Source of the DNA: Acidimicrobiaceae bacterium
Lineage (GTDB): Bacteria; Actinomycetota; Acidimicrobiia; Acidimicrobiales; RAAP-2
Reading direction: 5' to 3'
Length of the DNA: 47,312 bases
NCBI GenBank assembly: GCA_013044285.1
Contig: JABEUS010000110.1
Location: 1-47,312 of the forward strand
Position 1 is the first letter of the stretch. Each line of letters starts with the position of its first letter. The position numbers and the translations under genes were made by a program. Below, piece by piece: positions 11,233 to 23,507 of the stretch. Under the pieces are notes generated by a model. It had not been told where the DNA came from. It searched no databases and saw only the letters and a list, made by a program, of their open reading frames with translations.

Positions 11233-12912
11233 ATGTCTCGCGGGGGCGCCGCCCGTCGCGCGGTGCTGGTGGTCGCCTTCGGCGTACTCATCGTCGCCCT
11301 GTCACTGGTGGCCGCCTACTCCAGTTCCACCTATATCCCGGCGAGCACGGCGTCGAGCACCCTGACCCTGGCACTGCCCGGACCCTTTAGTGGCTGCCCA
11401 GCCCTGTCGTCGACCCTGAACGAGTCGACTCGCGCCGTTCTCGACCTCACCCGCCCCTCGGCCTTCCAAACCACCTACGACGGGCAACTGGTGGGAGAGG
11501 GTGGAGCCATCGTGTCCGCCGAGTTGATCTCACTCTCACCCGAAACGGTGGTCTACACGCTCAATAACCACCTGAGTTGGTCGAACGGACGGGCCTTTGG
11601 TCCGAGCGACTTAGTCGCCTGGTGGCAGCGGGCTAAAGGTTTTCCGGGTCTGGTTGGCCAGGGTTACCGAGACATCCGGACGATGGAGGTCGCTCGCTCG
11701 AGAACCCAGGTGACGGCGATCTTCCGGGCGAGTTCACCCTTCACCGACTGGAACCTCCTCTTTCGAGACGTTGAACAGACCTCTTCGTCCGAGGGCTGTC
11801 AACCCTCCCTGCTCCAGACGAGACCTTCACTCGGCCCCTACCGAGTTCTCTCCGCGAGCGCATCGCGAGTCGTTCTCGTCGCGAATTCGTCCTGGCCCCT
11901 TAACTACAACCGCTTCCAGCGGGTTGTCGTCGAAGCAGCCGACACGACTCACGCGGTGGGATCCTTCTACGTCGGCTTTAGCCCAGGGGTTACCAACGCC
12001 GATCTCGGAGCACTGGCCGCCCACAATCGCTACGCGAGTTCCTTCGTGGCTTCTCCGAGTGTCCTCGAACTCGCGTTCTCTCCCGTCGCCCCCCTCGTCG
12101 CCCCCCTCGAGATCCGAGCGGGCCTTTCCTGGGCGATAAACCGCCAGCGGGTGCTCAGTCGCATCGATCTCACCGGCGGGGCGGCGACGGCTACCGTGCC
12201 CACGTCCGCTCTCTACTCCGTCTTGTCACCGCTCTACCCACTTCCCGAGCTCGGACCGGCCATTGACGTTCACCACCCCAATCTCACGGGTAGTTCCCTC
12301 GACTGCGTCGCGTGCGCCGCACGCGTGCTGAGTCGAGGTGGGTGGATTCGAGTGGGTGGCCACTGGTCCTGGGGAGGCGCAACGGTGGTCCTTCGCGTCG
12401 CGGTGGGGCCCTCCGAGATGGACCATCGGGCCAGTCAAGTCCTGAGCGACGCCTGGAACCGCCTCGGCGTGGGCGTGCGATGGGTGGCCTACTCCAGTGA
12501 GAACGCCGCGGCGAGGGCGGTCGCTACGGGTCACGTCGACGCGGGTGTCTACACCCGACCTCTCGGTTCTAGTCCCTGGTCGGTCCTGAGTTCTTTCGTC
12601 CCCGTCGGGGGAGTGATTGCCTACCCCACGGGGGTGACCTCACCGGTACTCACCAGTACCTTGCGACAGGTCGCGACCGACTTCAACCCCCAGTCGGCCG
12701 CAACGTCGTGGGAGCAGTTTGATCAGTGGTTGCAACACCAGTTCTGGATTCGACCCCTGGCGACTCCGCCCGCACTCACCCTCTGGTCCGGGCGTGTGGG
12801 CAACGTCCAGCCCGCGAGTTCCCTGGTTGGTCTCGTCGACCAAGTGGCCAACTGGGGTGTCGCACCACCCCATTCGGTTCCCACGACGACGACCACCGTG
12901 AGAACCAGTTAA
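11233..12912 (+). CDS. ABC transporter family-5 (OppA/DppA-like) solute-binding protein, divergent
   Basis: N-terminal hydrophobic anchor; 'VVYTLN..LSWSNG....D' motif, 'SLGPY.V', 'IRAGLSWAINR'; length 559 aa fits the family. Confidence 0.7.
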   Translation: MSRGGAARRAVLVVAFGVLIVALSLVAAYSSSTYIPASTASSTLTLALPGPFSGCPALSSTLNESTRAVLDLTRPSAFQTTYDGQLVGEGGAIVSAELISLSPETVVYTLNNHLSWSNGRAFGPSDLVAWWQRAKGFPGLVGQGYRDIRTMEVARSRTQVTAIFRASSPFTDWNLLFRDVEQTSSSEGCQPSLLQTRPSLGPYRVLSASASRVVLVANSSWPLNYNRFQRVVVEAADTTHAVGSFYVGFSPGVTNADLGALAAHNRYASSFVASPSVLELAFSPVAPLVAPLEIRAGLSWAINRQRVLSRIDLTGGAATATVPTSALYSVLSPLYPLPELGPAIDVHHPNLTGSSLDCVACAARVLSRGGWIRVGGHWSWGGATVVLRVAVGPSEMDHRASQVLSDAWNRLGVGVRWVAYSSENAAARAVATGHVDAGVYTRPLGSSPWSVLSSFVPVGGVIAYPTGVTSPVLTSTLRQVATDFNPQSAATSWEQFDQWLQHQFWIRPLATPPALTLWSGRVGNVQPASSLVGLVDQVANWGVAPPHSVPTTTTTVRTS

Positions 12913-12915
12913 ACT
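12910..12915 (+). promoter_or_regulatory. Putative -10 (TAAACT) of tRNA-Leu, inside the inverted repeat ACCAGTT-A-AACTGGT (12904-12918)
   Basis: TANNNT 10 nt upstream of the mature tRNA 5' end. Confidence 0.45.
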
Positions 12916-12925
12916 GGTATCCCAC

Positions 12926-13011
12926 GTCGAAGTGGCGAAATGGCAGACGCGCTAGCTTGAGGGGCTAGTGCCCGTTAGGGCGTGCGGGTTCAAGTCCCGC
13001 CTTCGACACCA
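12926..13011 (+). tRNA. tRNA-Leu (GAG)
   Basis: Acceptor GTCGAAG/CTTCGAC, anticodon stem CTAGC/GCTAG with loop TT-GAG-GG, long variable arm GCCC..GGGC, T arm GCGGG-TTCAAGT-CCCGC, discriminator A + encoded CCA. Confidence 0.97.
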
Positions 13012-13113
13012 ACAATCGACCGGGTGAGAGCCGAGTCGTGTTCAGGGCTTTCGCGGCACGAAACCACGATGGGTGTTTGCGGTTGCTGTGATTAGGAGAA
13101 ACACGACAGGTAG

Positions 13114-13760
13114 CCCTGCGCTGCCGACTCGGACCCGGCGTACTACTTCACCGGGTCGCTGGACGGGTCGCGCGCCGGGACCTACTTCGTCAACGCCACC
13201 CAGCCCGGTGAGAGGTTCCGCCACCAGGCCGAGGCCGTCGCCTTTCACGAGGCCGTGCCCGGTCACCACTTCCAGTTGACCTTCGCCCAGGAGCTGGCCC
13301 AGCGCCCCTGGTCCACGCGGTTCTCGGCGACGAAGCGACCGCGGAGGGGTGGGGCTTCCTCGCCGAACGCTTGGCCGATGAGATGGGTCTCTACATCGAC
13401 GACGTCGCCCGCCTGGGCATGGTGAGCACCGACGCGCGGCGCGCCGCGCGCCTCGTGCTCGACACCGGCCTGCACGCGTTCGGCTGGTCGCGCCAGCGCG
13501 CCATCGACTTCATGGCGACCCACGTCCCAATGAGTCATATCGAGGTCGAGTCCGAGGTGGATCGTTATATCGCCATGCCCGGCCAGCCTCTGGCGTACAT
13601 GGTGGGGCGTACTGAACTCGAGGCCCTGCGCCGACGCGCGGCCGATTATCTCGCGGAGCGCTTCGACGTGCGAGCGTTCCTCGACCTCGTCCTACGGTGC
13701 GGTCCCATCCCGCTGGGGACGCTCTCGGCGGCCGTCGACCGGTGGCTCGCGCGCGGGTGA
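13114..13760 (+). pseudogene. DUF885-family protein remnant (C-terminal ~215 aa only, no start codon, one frameshift)
   Basis: After TAG 13111, frame 1 reads AYYFTGSLDGSRAGTYFVN...FHEAVPGHHFQ. Near the CCCC run at ~13305-13308 it shifts to frame 3: EGWGFLAE.LADEMGLY...RAARLVLDTGLH..GWSRQRAIDFM...EVDRYIAMPGQPLAYMVG. These are characteristic DUF885 motifs. Confidence 0.85.
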
Positions 13761-13909
13761 CGAGGCGCTTACGCCAACTGGTGGGCTGTACCGGTCTTCT
13801 AGGTGGGCGTGACTTGGGTCGACGGACCAGCGGTCTAGTTCGCGTCAACGAGCGTGGAGCCCTCGACATCCAGGGCACGAACGCGGCAGTTGGTGTTCAG
13901 TACACGTGG

Positions 13910-13927
13910 CGCCACTCATGAGTGGCG
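13910..13927. repeat. Perfect 18-bp palindrome CGCCACTCATGAGTGGCG
   Basis: Self reverse-complementary; overlaps a second palindrome GTGGCGCCAC (13906-13915). Confidence 0.9.
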
Positions 13928-14120
13928 ACGTTGTGACAGCTCTCGCCCCCCTCGGTTCGGCAACTAAAGCGAGAGGTACGGCGCCCCACAAAAGAGGCTT
14001 AGGGTGCCTCACCGACGCTTCCCTTCACACTCTCACGCACAGAGGAGACTGAGGTTAAGGGCACCGAATGCCTAGATCTCCCTCCACGAGACGAAAGCCA
14101 ACCTTGGGGCTCGTGCACAC

Positions 14121-14510
14121 TCAGTCAGACGCCGTTCTCGGCGAGACTTCTGGTGACGAGTTCGGAGCACTTAACCAGGGCCACGCAAACGGATCCGGTC
14201 CGGTGTGGAACCGTGCTCCAGCAGTGACGGCGGCGGCGTAGTCACGAAGAAGTAGCGAGTTCGAGTTGCGCCATCCCCGAGAGAGGGCCCAACGCTCCAC
14301 GAGGTGGGGCTCAAACGGGATATCTAGACGAAGAAGATGTTTGAATGTCCAGATGGCCGCACTCCGCGCACTGTGATCGAGGAGGTCGGGCTGAGCGCGA
14401 AGTGAAGGGAGAACACCCCTTCCGCCTAGTGAGATCACGTACCGATGCAGTTCTTCCAGAGCCCACACGGCAACCGGATCGAGACCCTCGAATGAGTAGG
14501 ACCCGCGCAC
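14121..14510 (-). CDS. Hypothetical protein, DUF1889/YoaC-like
   Basis: Pattern LDPVAVWAL...AAI.TF..L....F.P..V..WAL..GW......L...A..V..G.R resembles DUF1889 (from memory); start placed at GTG 14510 because TATAGT lies 7 nt upstream. Confidence 0.55.
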   Translation of the reverse strand: MRGSYSFEGLDPVAVWALEELHRYVISLGGRGVLPSLRAQPDLLDHSARSAAIWTFKHLLRLDIPFEPHLVERWALSRGWRNSNSLLLRDYAAAVTAGARFHTGPDPFAWPWLSAPNSSPEVSPRTASD

Positions 14511-14619
14511 CGTGGTCACTATAAGTCACCGTCTTTGTTCCCGGTGGATCCGGGTCAGTCGCCGTAAAAGGACGCGAGTGGGGCACTCGGGCACTCCACA
14601 GTGAAACTTTCTTCCCTTC

Positions 14620-15914
14620 TCATCGACACCACTCGAACTCTGGGGGCTGCCCACTCCGACGGAGGTCATTGACGCTAATAACGAGGGCGAGGGGCAGGAG
14701 GACGAGTTGAAACCACCACGGCCTCTCTTGAACGTCGAGCCGGCCGGGCAGGATGAGTTCCCCACTGTCGAGACCGGTGCTGAGCACCAGGAGTGCCGCC
14801 CACACCACCACACTCGCCGAGAGGCGTCCCCGAAGTACGCCGGTCAGCGTCCAGCACACGAGTGCTCGCGCTCGTAGTAGCCCCAGATGTTTTCTTCGAA
14901 CACGAGCCGCAGACTGAATACCACTTCGAAGGATGCGATAAGTCCGAGGAGAGAGAGTGGTCGACGGCGATACAACCAAACGACCAGGCCGAGTGAGGTC
15001 AACAGGGGGCCGAAGCGCGAGATCCAGAGGGCGGGGACGCCACTCAGTCCCAGTTGGGCCATCCACGTCCCGTAGGCCGGAGCGTCGGTCAGCCCCGTTC
15101 CAATAAGGGTGTCTCGAAAGACGTGCGTTCCACTCCAGAGAGTTAGAGGTACGACGAGAGCGACAAGGGTGAGGGTTCCGCCGAGTCCCACTCGCCACCA
15201 CGCACGCCCGTGGGGTAGCAGCACGGTGCACACCATGAGAATAAGCACGACGTTCTGCTGGCTCGCGAAGGCGAGGGCTCCGAGCGTGCCACCCACTACG
15301 AAGTGTTCACGCCGCAGGGCCGCCGCGCAGGCCAAGGCCAACCCGAGGGCCAAGAGATCCTCGGGGTGGTAGTAGTCCATGAAGGCGAAGAGGGCTCCCG
15401 GAGAGACCGCGAGAGCGAGAAGGAGCCACCATTCGTCTCGCGTACGAGCCCGGTTCGACGTGCGCAGCAGGCTGAGTGCGCCGAGGGCGAGGACGGGCCA
15501 CGTCACGAACCCGAGGTCTAACTCCTTCACCGCGAGGGGCCCCTTCGTCGCCCAGGTAAAGGCCCCGTTGTAGGCCTGCGCGCAGTGCCGGGCGCCGAGG
15601 TGCGCCGGAAAAGGCACGTCGTGGCCGAGGCGAAGAACCCACTGGAAGAGAGCGTCGAGAAGGGGAAAGACCGGTCCCGACAAGGGGTAGGCCGCCGAGG
15701 AGGAGGTTGGTGTGACGAGAGCACACGCGCCGAGACCGTGAGCCCAGAGGGTGGCACTCGGGAGCACGGTGCCCGAGTCGGCGGGGCTCATACCCCAAGT
15801 CCAAAGGATGATTCCCATGAAGGTGACGAAGGACGCGACAAAAACCAGGGCCGTACTCGTGGGGCTGACCGGCGCGCGCGCCCTGGCGGAGTCGGTTGAG
15901 GTGGGCGGTGTCAC
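14620..15914 (-). pseudogene. GT-C-like (GT87/DUF2029-like) polytopic membrane protein, copy 2, with 1-nt frameshift near 14870
   Basis: Paralogous to 15920-17266 (YYHPEDLLAL, SQQN, TGL.D.P.Y.TWM..LG, EENIWGYY). The homologous tail (LVCW..G.L.GR...W.QLVLLP) continues in another frame to TGA 14620. Confidence 0.7.
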
Positions 15915-15919
15915 CTTTA

Positions 15920-17266
15920 TCAGGGGGCGGCCCCGTGGTCAACGAGAGGACGTGTTCGAAGAGTGCTCTCGGGGCGCTGGAGCAGGGGGCGAACACTGAG
16001 CCAGACGGCTGAGGGAAGGAGAACGAGTTGCCAGACCCAGAGTGGGAGAGTCGTGAGAGCGCTCCACCCCGGCCCACCCGGGTAGTACTCCCAGGCGAGG
16101 TAGCTCACCGCGAAAGACCAGACCCAGGGACCGAGTCGAACTCGTCCGGTGAGCAGATCACCGACCAGCCAGCACGTGACCAGGCCGATCGAGTAGTAAC
16201 TCCAGAGATTCTCTTCGAGTCCGAGGCGAATCGCGAAGGCGAGGGCCATCAGACTAAGGGCGTGGTCGAGGGAGGGCCGACCACGCCGCTGGAACCACCA
16301 GAGGGCGCCGAGAACACTGAGGAGGACCGGCCCCCCTCGGGAAATGACGAGGGCGTGAGTCCCGTAGATTCCGAGTTCGCCCATCCAGGTGGAGTAGACG
16401 GGATTGTCGTTCAGCCCGGTGCCAAAGAGTGAGACTCGCAGAACCGTCCAGCCACTGAGCCAGGTCAAGGGGGTCACGAGACAGAGGAAGGTCACGGTTC
16501 CGCTCACGGCGAACTCTCGTAGTGCTCGCCAGTCGGGGATCATGATGAGGACGACCAAGAGAGCGAGTAACGCATTTTGTTGACTGAGCATTGAGACAAC
16601 GGCGAGCGCTCCGGCCCATCGGTATCGACCCCGGACGACTCCGGAGAGCGAGCCGAGAAGAGCGGCTAGGGCGAGAACATCTTCGGGGTGGTAGTACTCC
16701 TGAAAGGGCAGCTGGTAGACCGGCAATACGCTCATCACCGCGATGAGCCACCACTCCAGGCGAGTCGGACCCTTCCTCGCGGTTCGCACCACACTGAGCG
16801 CTCCGAGCACCAGGACGGGCCAGACGACGAATCCCAACCACAGGCTCTGGTGGGCGATGGGAGTTCCTCGCAGCCACCCGTTCAGTGCGCCGTAGTCGTG
16901 ACGACAGCCCGCGAGAGCTATCGCGCGGTACGGGAACGGGTGGCTGACGCCGACCCGAGTGAGGACTTGGAGGAGAGCGTCGAGGACCGTAAACAGCGGT
17001 GCGGTGAGCGGATAGTCGATGCTCGGCCGGGGTACCTGGTAGGCGCAACCAAAACTCCCGTGGGCGAGCATCCACGCGCTGTAGAGAGTGACGTGATCGT
17101 CGCGTACCGTGGGCCCCCCGGTCCACCAGTCCAGGGAGAGAAAGAGGAGCCAGCCAACAACCACCACCGCGACCGTTGCGAAGGCGGAACTTGGTCGCTC
17201 GAGAGCTCGAACCCACCGACTCGGGGCTCGCGACAACCGAACGACACTCGGCCCGTCTCCCGACAT
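15920..17266 (-). CDS. GT-C-like (GT87/DUF2029-like) polytopic membrane protein, copy 1
   Basis: About 10 hydrophobic segments; acidic DD after the first TM (PTVRDD), YP..AP loop, YYHPEDVLAL motif; family assignment is inferred from topology and motifs. Confidence 0.6.
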   Translation of the reverse strand: MSGDGPSVVRLSRAPSRWVRALERPSSAFATVAVVVVGWLLFLSLDWWTGGPTVRDDHVTLYSAWMLAHGSFGCAYQVPRPSIDYPLTAPLFTVLDALLQVLTRVGVSHPFPYRAIALAGCRHDYGALNGWLRGTPIAHQSLWLGFVVWPVLVLGALSVVRTARKGPTRLEWWLIAVMSVLPVYQLPFQEYYHPEDVLALAALLGSLSGVVRGRYRWAGALAVVSMLSQQNALLALLVVLIMIPDWRALREFAVSGTVTFLCLVTPLTWLSGWTVLRVSLFGTGLNDNPVYSTWMGELGIYGTHALVISRGGPVLLSVLGALWWFQRRGRPSLDHALSLMALAFAIRLGLEENLWSYYSIGLVTCWLVGDLLTGRVRLGPWVWSFAVSYLAWEYYPGGPGWSALTTLPLWVWQLVLLPSAVWLSVRPLLQRPESTLRTRPLVDHGAAP

Positions 17267-17272
17267 GGTGAG

Positions 17273-17278
17273 AGTGTA
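17273..17278 (-). promoter_or_regulatory. Putative -10 (TACACT) of a leaderless GT-C transcript
   Basis: TACACT-ctcacc-ATG on the minus strand. Confidence 0.6.
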
Positions 17279-17338
17279 CTGAGTCGCCGGCGCGCCGGGA
17301 GGGAGGGTCGAACTCGGTACGATGGGCGAGGAGACACC

Positions 17339-18140
17339 GTGAACTACGTACTTCTAACGGCCGCGGCCGACAGACCGGACGCCCTCAAGAGGGCTCTCGA
17401 GACGGCCGACGAGCTCTCTCGACGCGACGTAGCGGCCCGCGTGGTGGAGATTGACCGCCTCGGGGAGGAGAGCATTCCGGTCGACTCTCTCGTCGTGAGC
17501 CTCGGGGGAGACGGAACCTTCCTTCGCGCCGCTCACTTCGCGCACCGGTACCGCTCGCGCATCCTGCCGGTCCACTTGGGTCGTATCGGATTCTTGTTGA
17601 ACGTTCCCACCGAGGAGATTACCCAGGCCGTCGTCACGGGCCTTTCGAGCACCGCCTCCGTCGAGAGACTCGCTCTGGCGATCCGTGTAGGAGACGACCC
17701 CGTGAGTTACTTCGCCCTGAACGAGGTTGTTCTCGAACGTTTCGAAGCCGGTCGTATGGTTCGGGTGCTCACCTACGTGGACGACGAGGAGTACCTGACC
17801 TACACCGCTGACTCGGTCATGGTGGCGACCCCCACCGGATCGACCGCTTACAACTTCTCGGCCGGCGGACCCGTCGTGGATTCGGCGCTCGACGTACTCA
17901 TTCTGACTCCAGTCGCCCCCCACTTCACCATTGACCGTTCGATTGTGGTGTCGGGGGAGCGAACCGTCCGGTTGAGCGTGCGCGAACGTCCGGCCAACGT
18001 CGTGGTTGATGGACGTCTCCTGCGCACACTTCAGCCCAACGAGGTTCTCGAAGTCACCCGTCAGTCCGATCCGGTGCGGGTGGTCTACTCTTCGGCCTTC
18101 GAGTTGGGACACCGCCTGCGGACCAACCTGCGTGAGGGTC

Positions 18141-18148
<8 letters not shown>
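17339..18148 (+). CDS. nadK: NAD(+) kinase
   Basis: SLGGDGTFL, G.IGFL, ALNEV, ATPTGSTAYNFSAGGP; GTG 17339 behind SD GAGGAG. Confidence 0.96.
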
Positions 18149-21951
<3,803 letters not shown>

Positions 21952-21962
<11 letters not shown>

Positions 21963-22842
21963 CGGTCGGGTTCGCGAGTACCTGCAGTGGCTGGCCGTCG
22001 AACGGGGCCGTTCCCGGGCCACCCTCGAGGCGTACCGACGAGACGTCAGTCAGTTCCGGCAGTGGTGGCAGCGCCCCCTCGACGAGGTGCGCCCCGAAAG
22101 TCTCGAAGAGTTCGCCGTCGTCCTACGAGACTCTCGCGCCCCCTCCTCGGTCGCTCGAACCCTCTCCTCGCTCCGCGGATTCTTCACTTTTTTGAGAGAC
22201 GAGAATCTGCTCAGCCGTAATCCAGCCGAACGACTCCACGCTCCGGCCAGGGGTCGTTCCCTGCCAAAACCCCTCAGCGAAGCGGAGATCACTCGTCTGA
22301 TCGAATCGGTCGTCCCACTGGACCGCGCGGGTCGTCGCGACCGAGCCCTGCTCGAACTCCTGTACGGTACCGGGGTGCGCGTCTCCGAAGCCACTGGGAT
22401 CACCCTCTCCGACCTCGACTTTGACGAGGACCTTCTCCGCGTGACGGGAAAGGGGAGTAAGCAGCGCCTCGTCCCCATGAGTTCCGTGGTGCGCGCGGCC
22501 GTTCTGACCTACCTCGCCCCGGCGGGCCGGGCGAGTTTCCCCGGATCCGAGCGTCACCAACGGCTCTTCGTGAACCAGCGTGGCGGGCCCCTCTCGCGTC
22601 AAGGAGTGGACCTCATCATCGCCCACCGGGCCTTGACGGCCGGTGTGGACCGGTCCCGGGTGTCGGCCCACGTCTTTCGCCACTCCTGCGCCACCCACAT
22701 GCTCAATCACGGAGCGGATATCCGCATCGTCCAAGAACTGCTCGGACACGCCTCCATTTCGACGACCCAGACCTACACCGCCGTCGCGCTCTCTACCCTG
22801 AGCGAGGCCTACGACTCCGCCCACCCCCGGGCCCGGGGTTAG
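21952..22842 (+). CDS. xerD: Tyrosine recombinase XerD
   Basis: ERG.S..T..AY.RD, LPK.L, ELLYGTG.RVSE, GKG.K.R.VP, H.FRHS.ATH.L..GAD.R.VQELLGH...TTQ.Y; conserved pyrG-NUDIX-xerD context; start TTG 21952 after GGAG. Confidence 0.92.
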
Positions 22843-22844
22843 CC

Positions 22845-23507
22845 GTGACCCTCTACTACCTCCTCGCGCTCTTTATCGCCATCATCCTCCACGAGATCTC
22901 CCACGGTTGGGCGGCGCTCGTCTTCGGCGACACGACCGCGCGCGACGCCGGGCGATTAACGCTCAATCCGCTGTCGCACATCGATCCCGTCGGCACCATC
23001 CTCGTGCCACTACTCCTCACGCTGTCCGGTCTACCCATCATCGGGTGGGCTAAGCCCGTTCCGGTCAATGTGGGGCGACTTCGTCACCCCCGTTCTCAGG
23101 CCGTCTGGGTCTCGCTCGCCGGTCCGGCCACCAACGCGGTCCTCTCCTTTCTCGGCTGGCTCCTCTGTCGGCTCTCCCTGGCCCTTTCTCCGGGGTCCTC
23201 GGCCTTCGTGATCGGGGGCGGCTTCGTGACCACGAATCTGAACTACGCCTGGCTCTTTAACTTCGGGTTCGCGCTCGGAGTCGTCAACCTCTTCGTGGGG
23301 GTGTTCAATCTCATCCCGTTGCCCCCCCTCGACGGTTCGGCGCTGCTCGAGCGACTTATTCCGACTCGCCGACTGAACGGCTACTACCGCATTCGCCAGA
23401 ACCTCCTCATCATCACGATGATCGTGGTCCTCGTCGACTCCCAGACCACCCACCTCTTGAGCCGACTCTTCGTCCACCTGGAGTCGTGGTGGTGGAGTCT
23501 GCTCTAG
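22845..23507 (+). CDS. Site-2 (M50 family) membrane metalloprotease
   Basis: HEISH, GD.TA...GRLTLNP..HIDP.G, GWAKPVPVN, AGP..N, FNLIP.PPLDG. Confidence 0.94.
   Translation: MTLYYLLALFIAIILHEISHGWAALVFGDTTARDAGRLTLNPLSHIDPVGTILVPLLLTLSGLPIIGWAKPVPVNVGRLRHPRSQAVWVSLAGPATNAVLSFLGWLLCRLSLALSPGSSAFVIGGGFVTTNLNYAWLFNFGFALGVVNLFVGVFNLIPLPPLDGSALLERLIPTRRLNGYYRIRQNLLIITMIVVLVDSQTTHLLSRLFVHLESWWWSLL

Noticed and set aside
13990-14070. Cobalamin-riboswitch-like GGTGCCC...AAGGGAA..CGGTG on the minus strand
   Set aside because: Lacks the downstream conserved core (CCCGC.ACTGT, B12 box) and has no suitable downstream gene
17308-17322. LexA-like TCGAAC-tcg-GTACGA upstream of nadK-recN (also CGAAC-N5-GTTCG at 41381)
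   Set aside because: Spacer is 3 or 5 nt rather than the 4 nt of the actinobacterial SOS box; no box seen before uvrA/uvrB either
16688-17338. 217-aa N-terminal extension of NAD kinase in the ORF track
   Set aside because: It is the antisense shadow of the GT-C gene; the SD and homology start at GTG 17339
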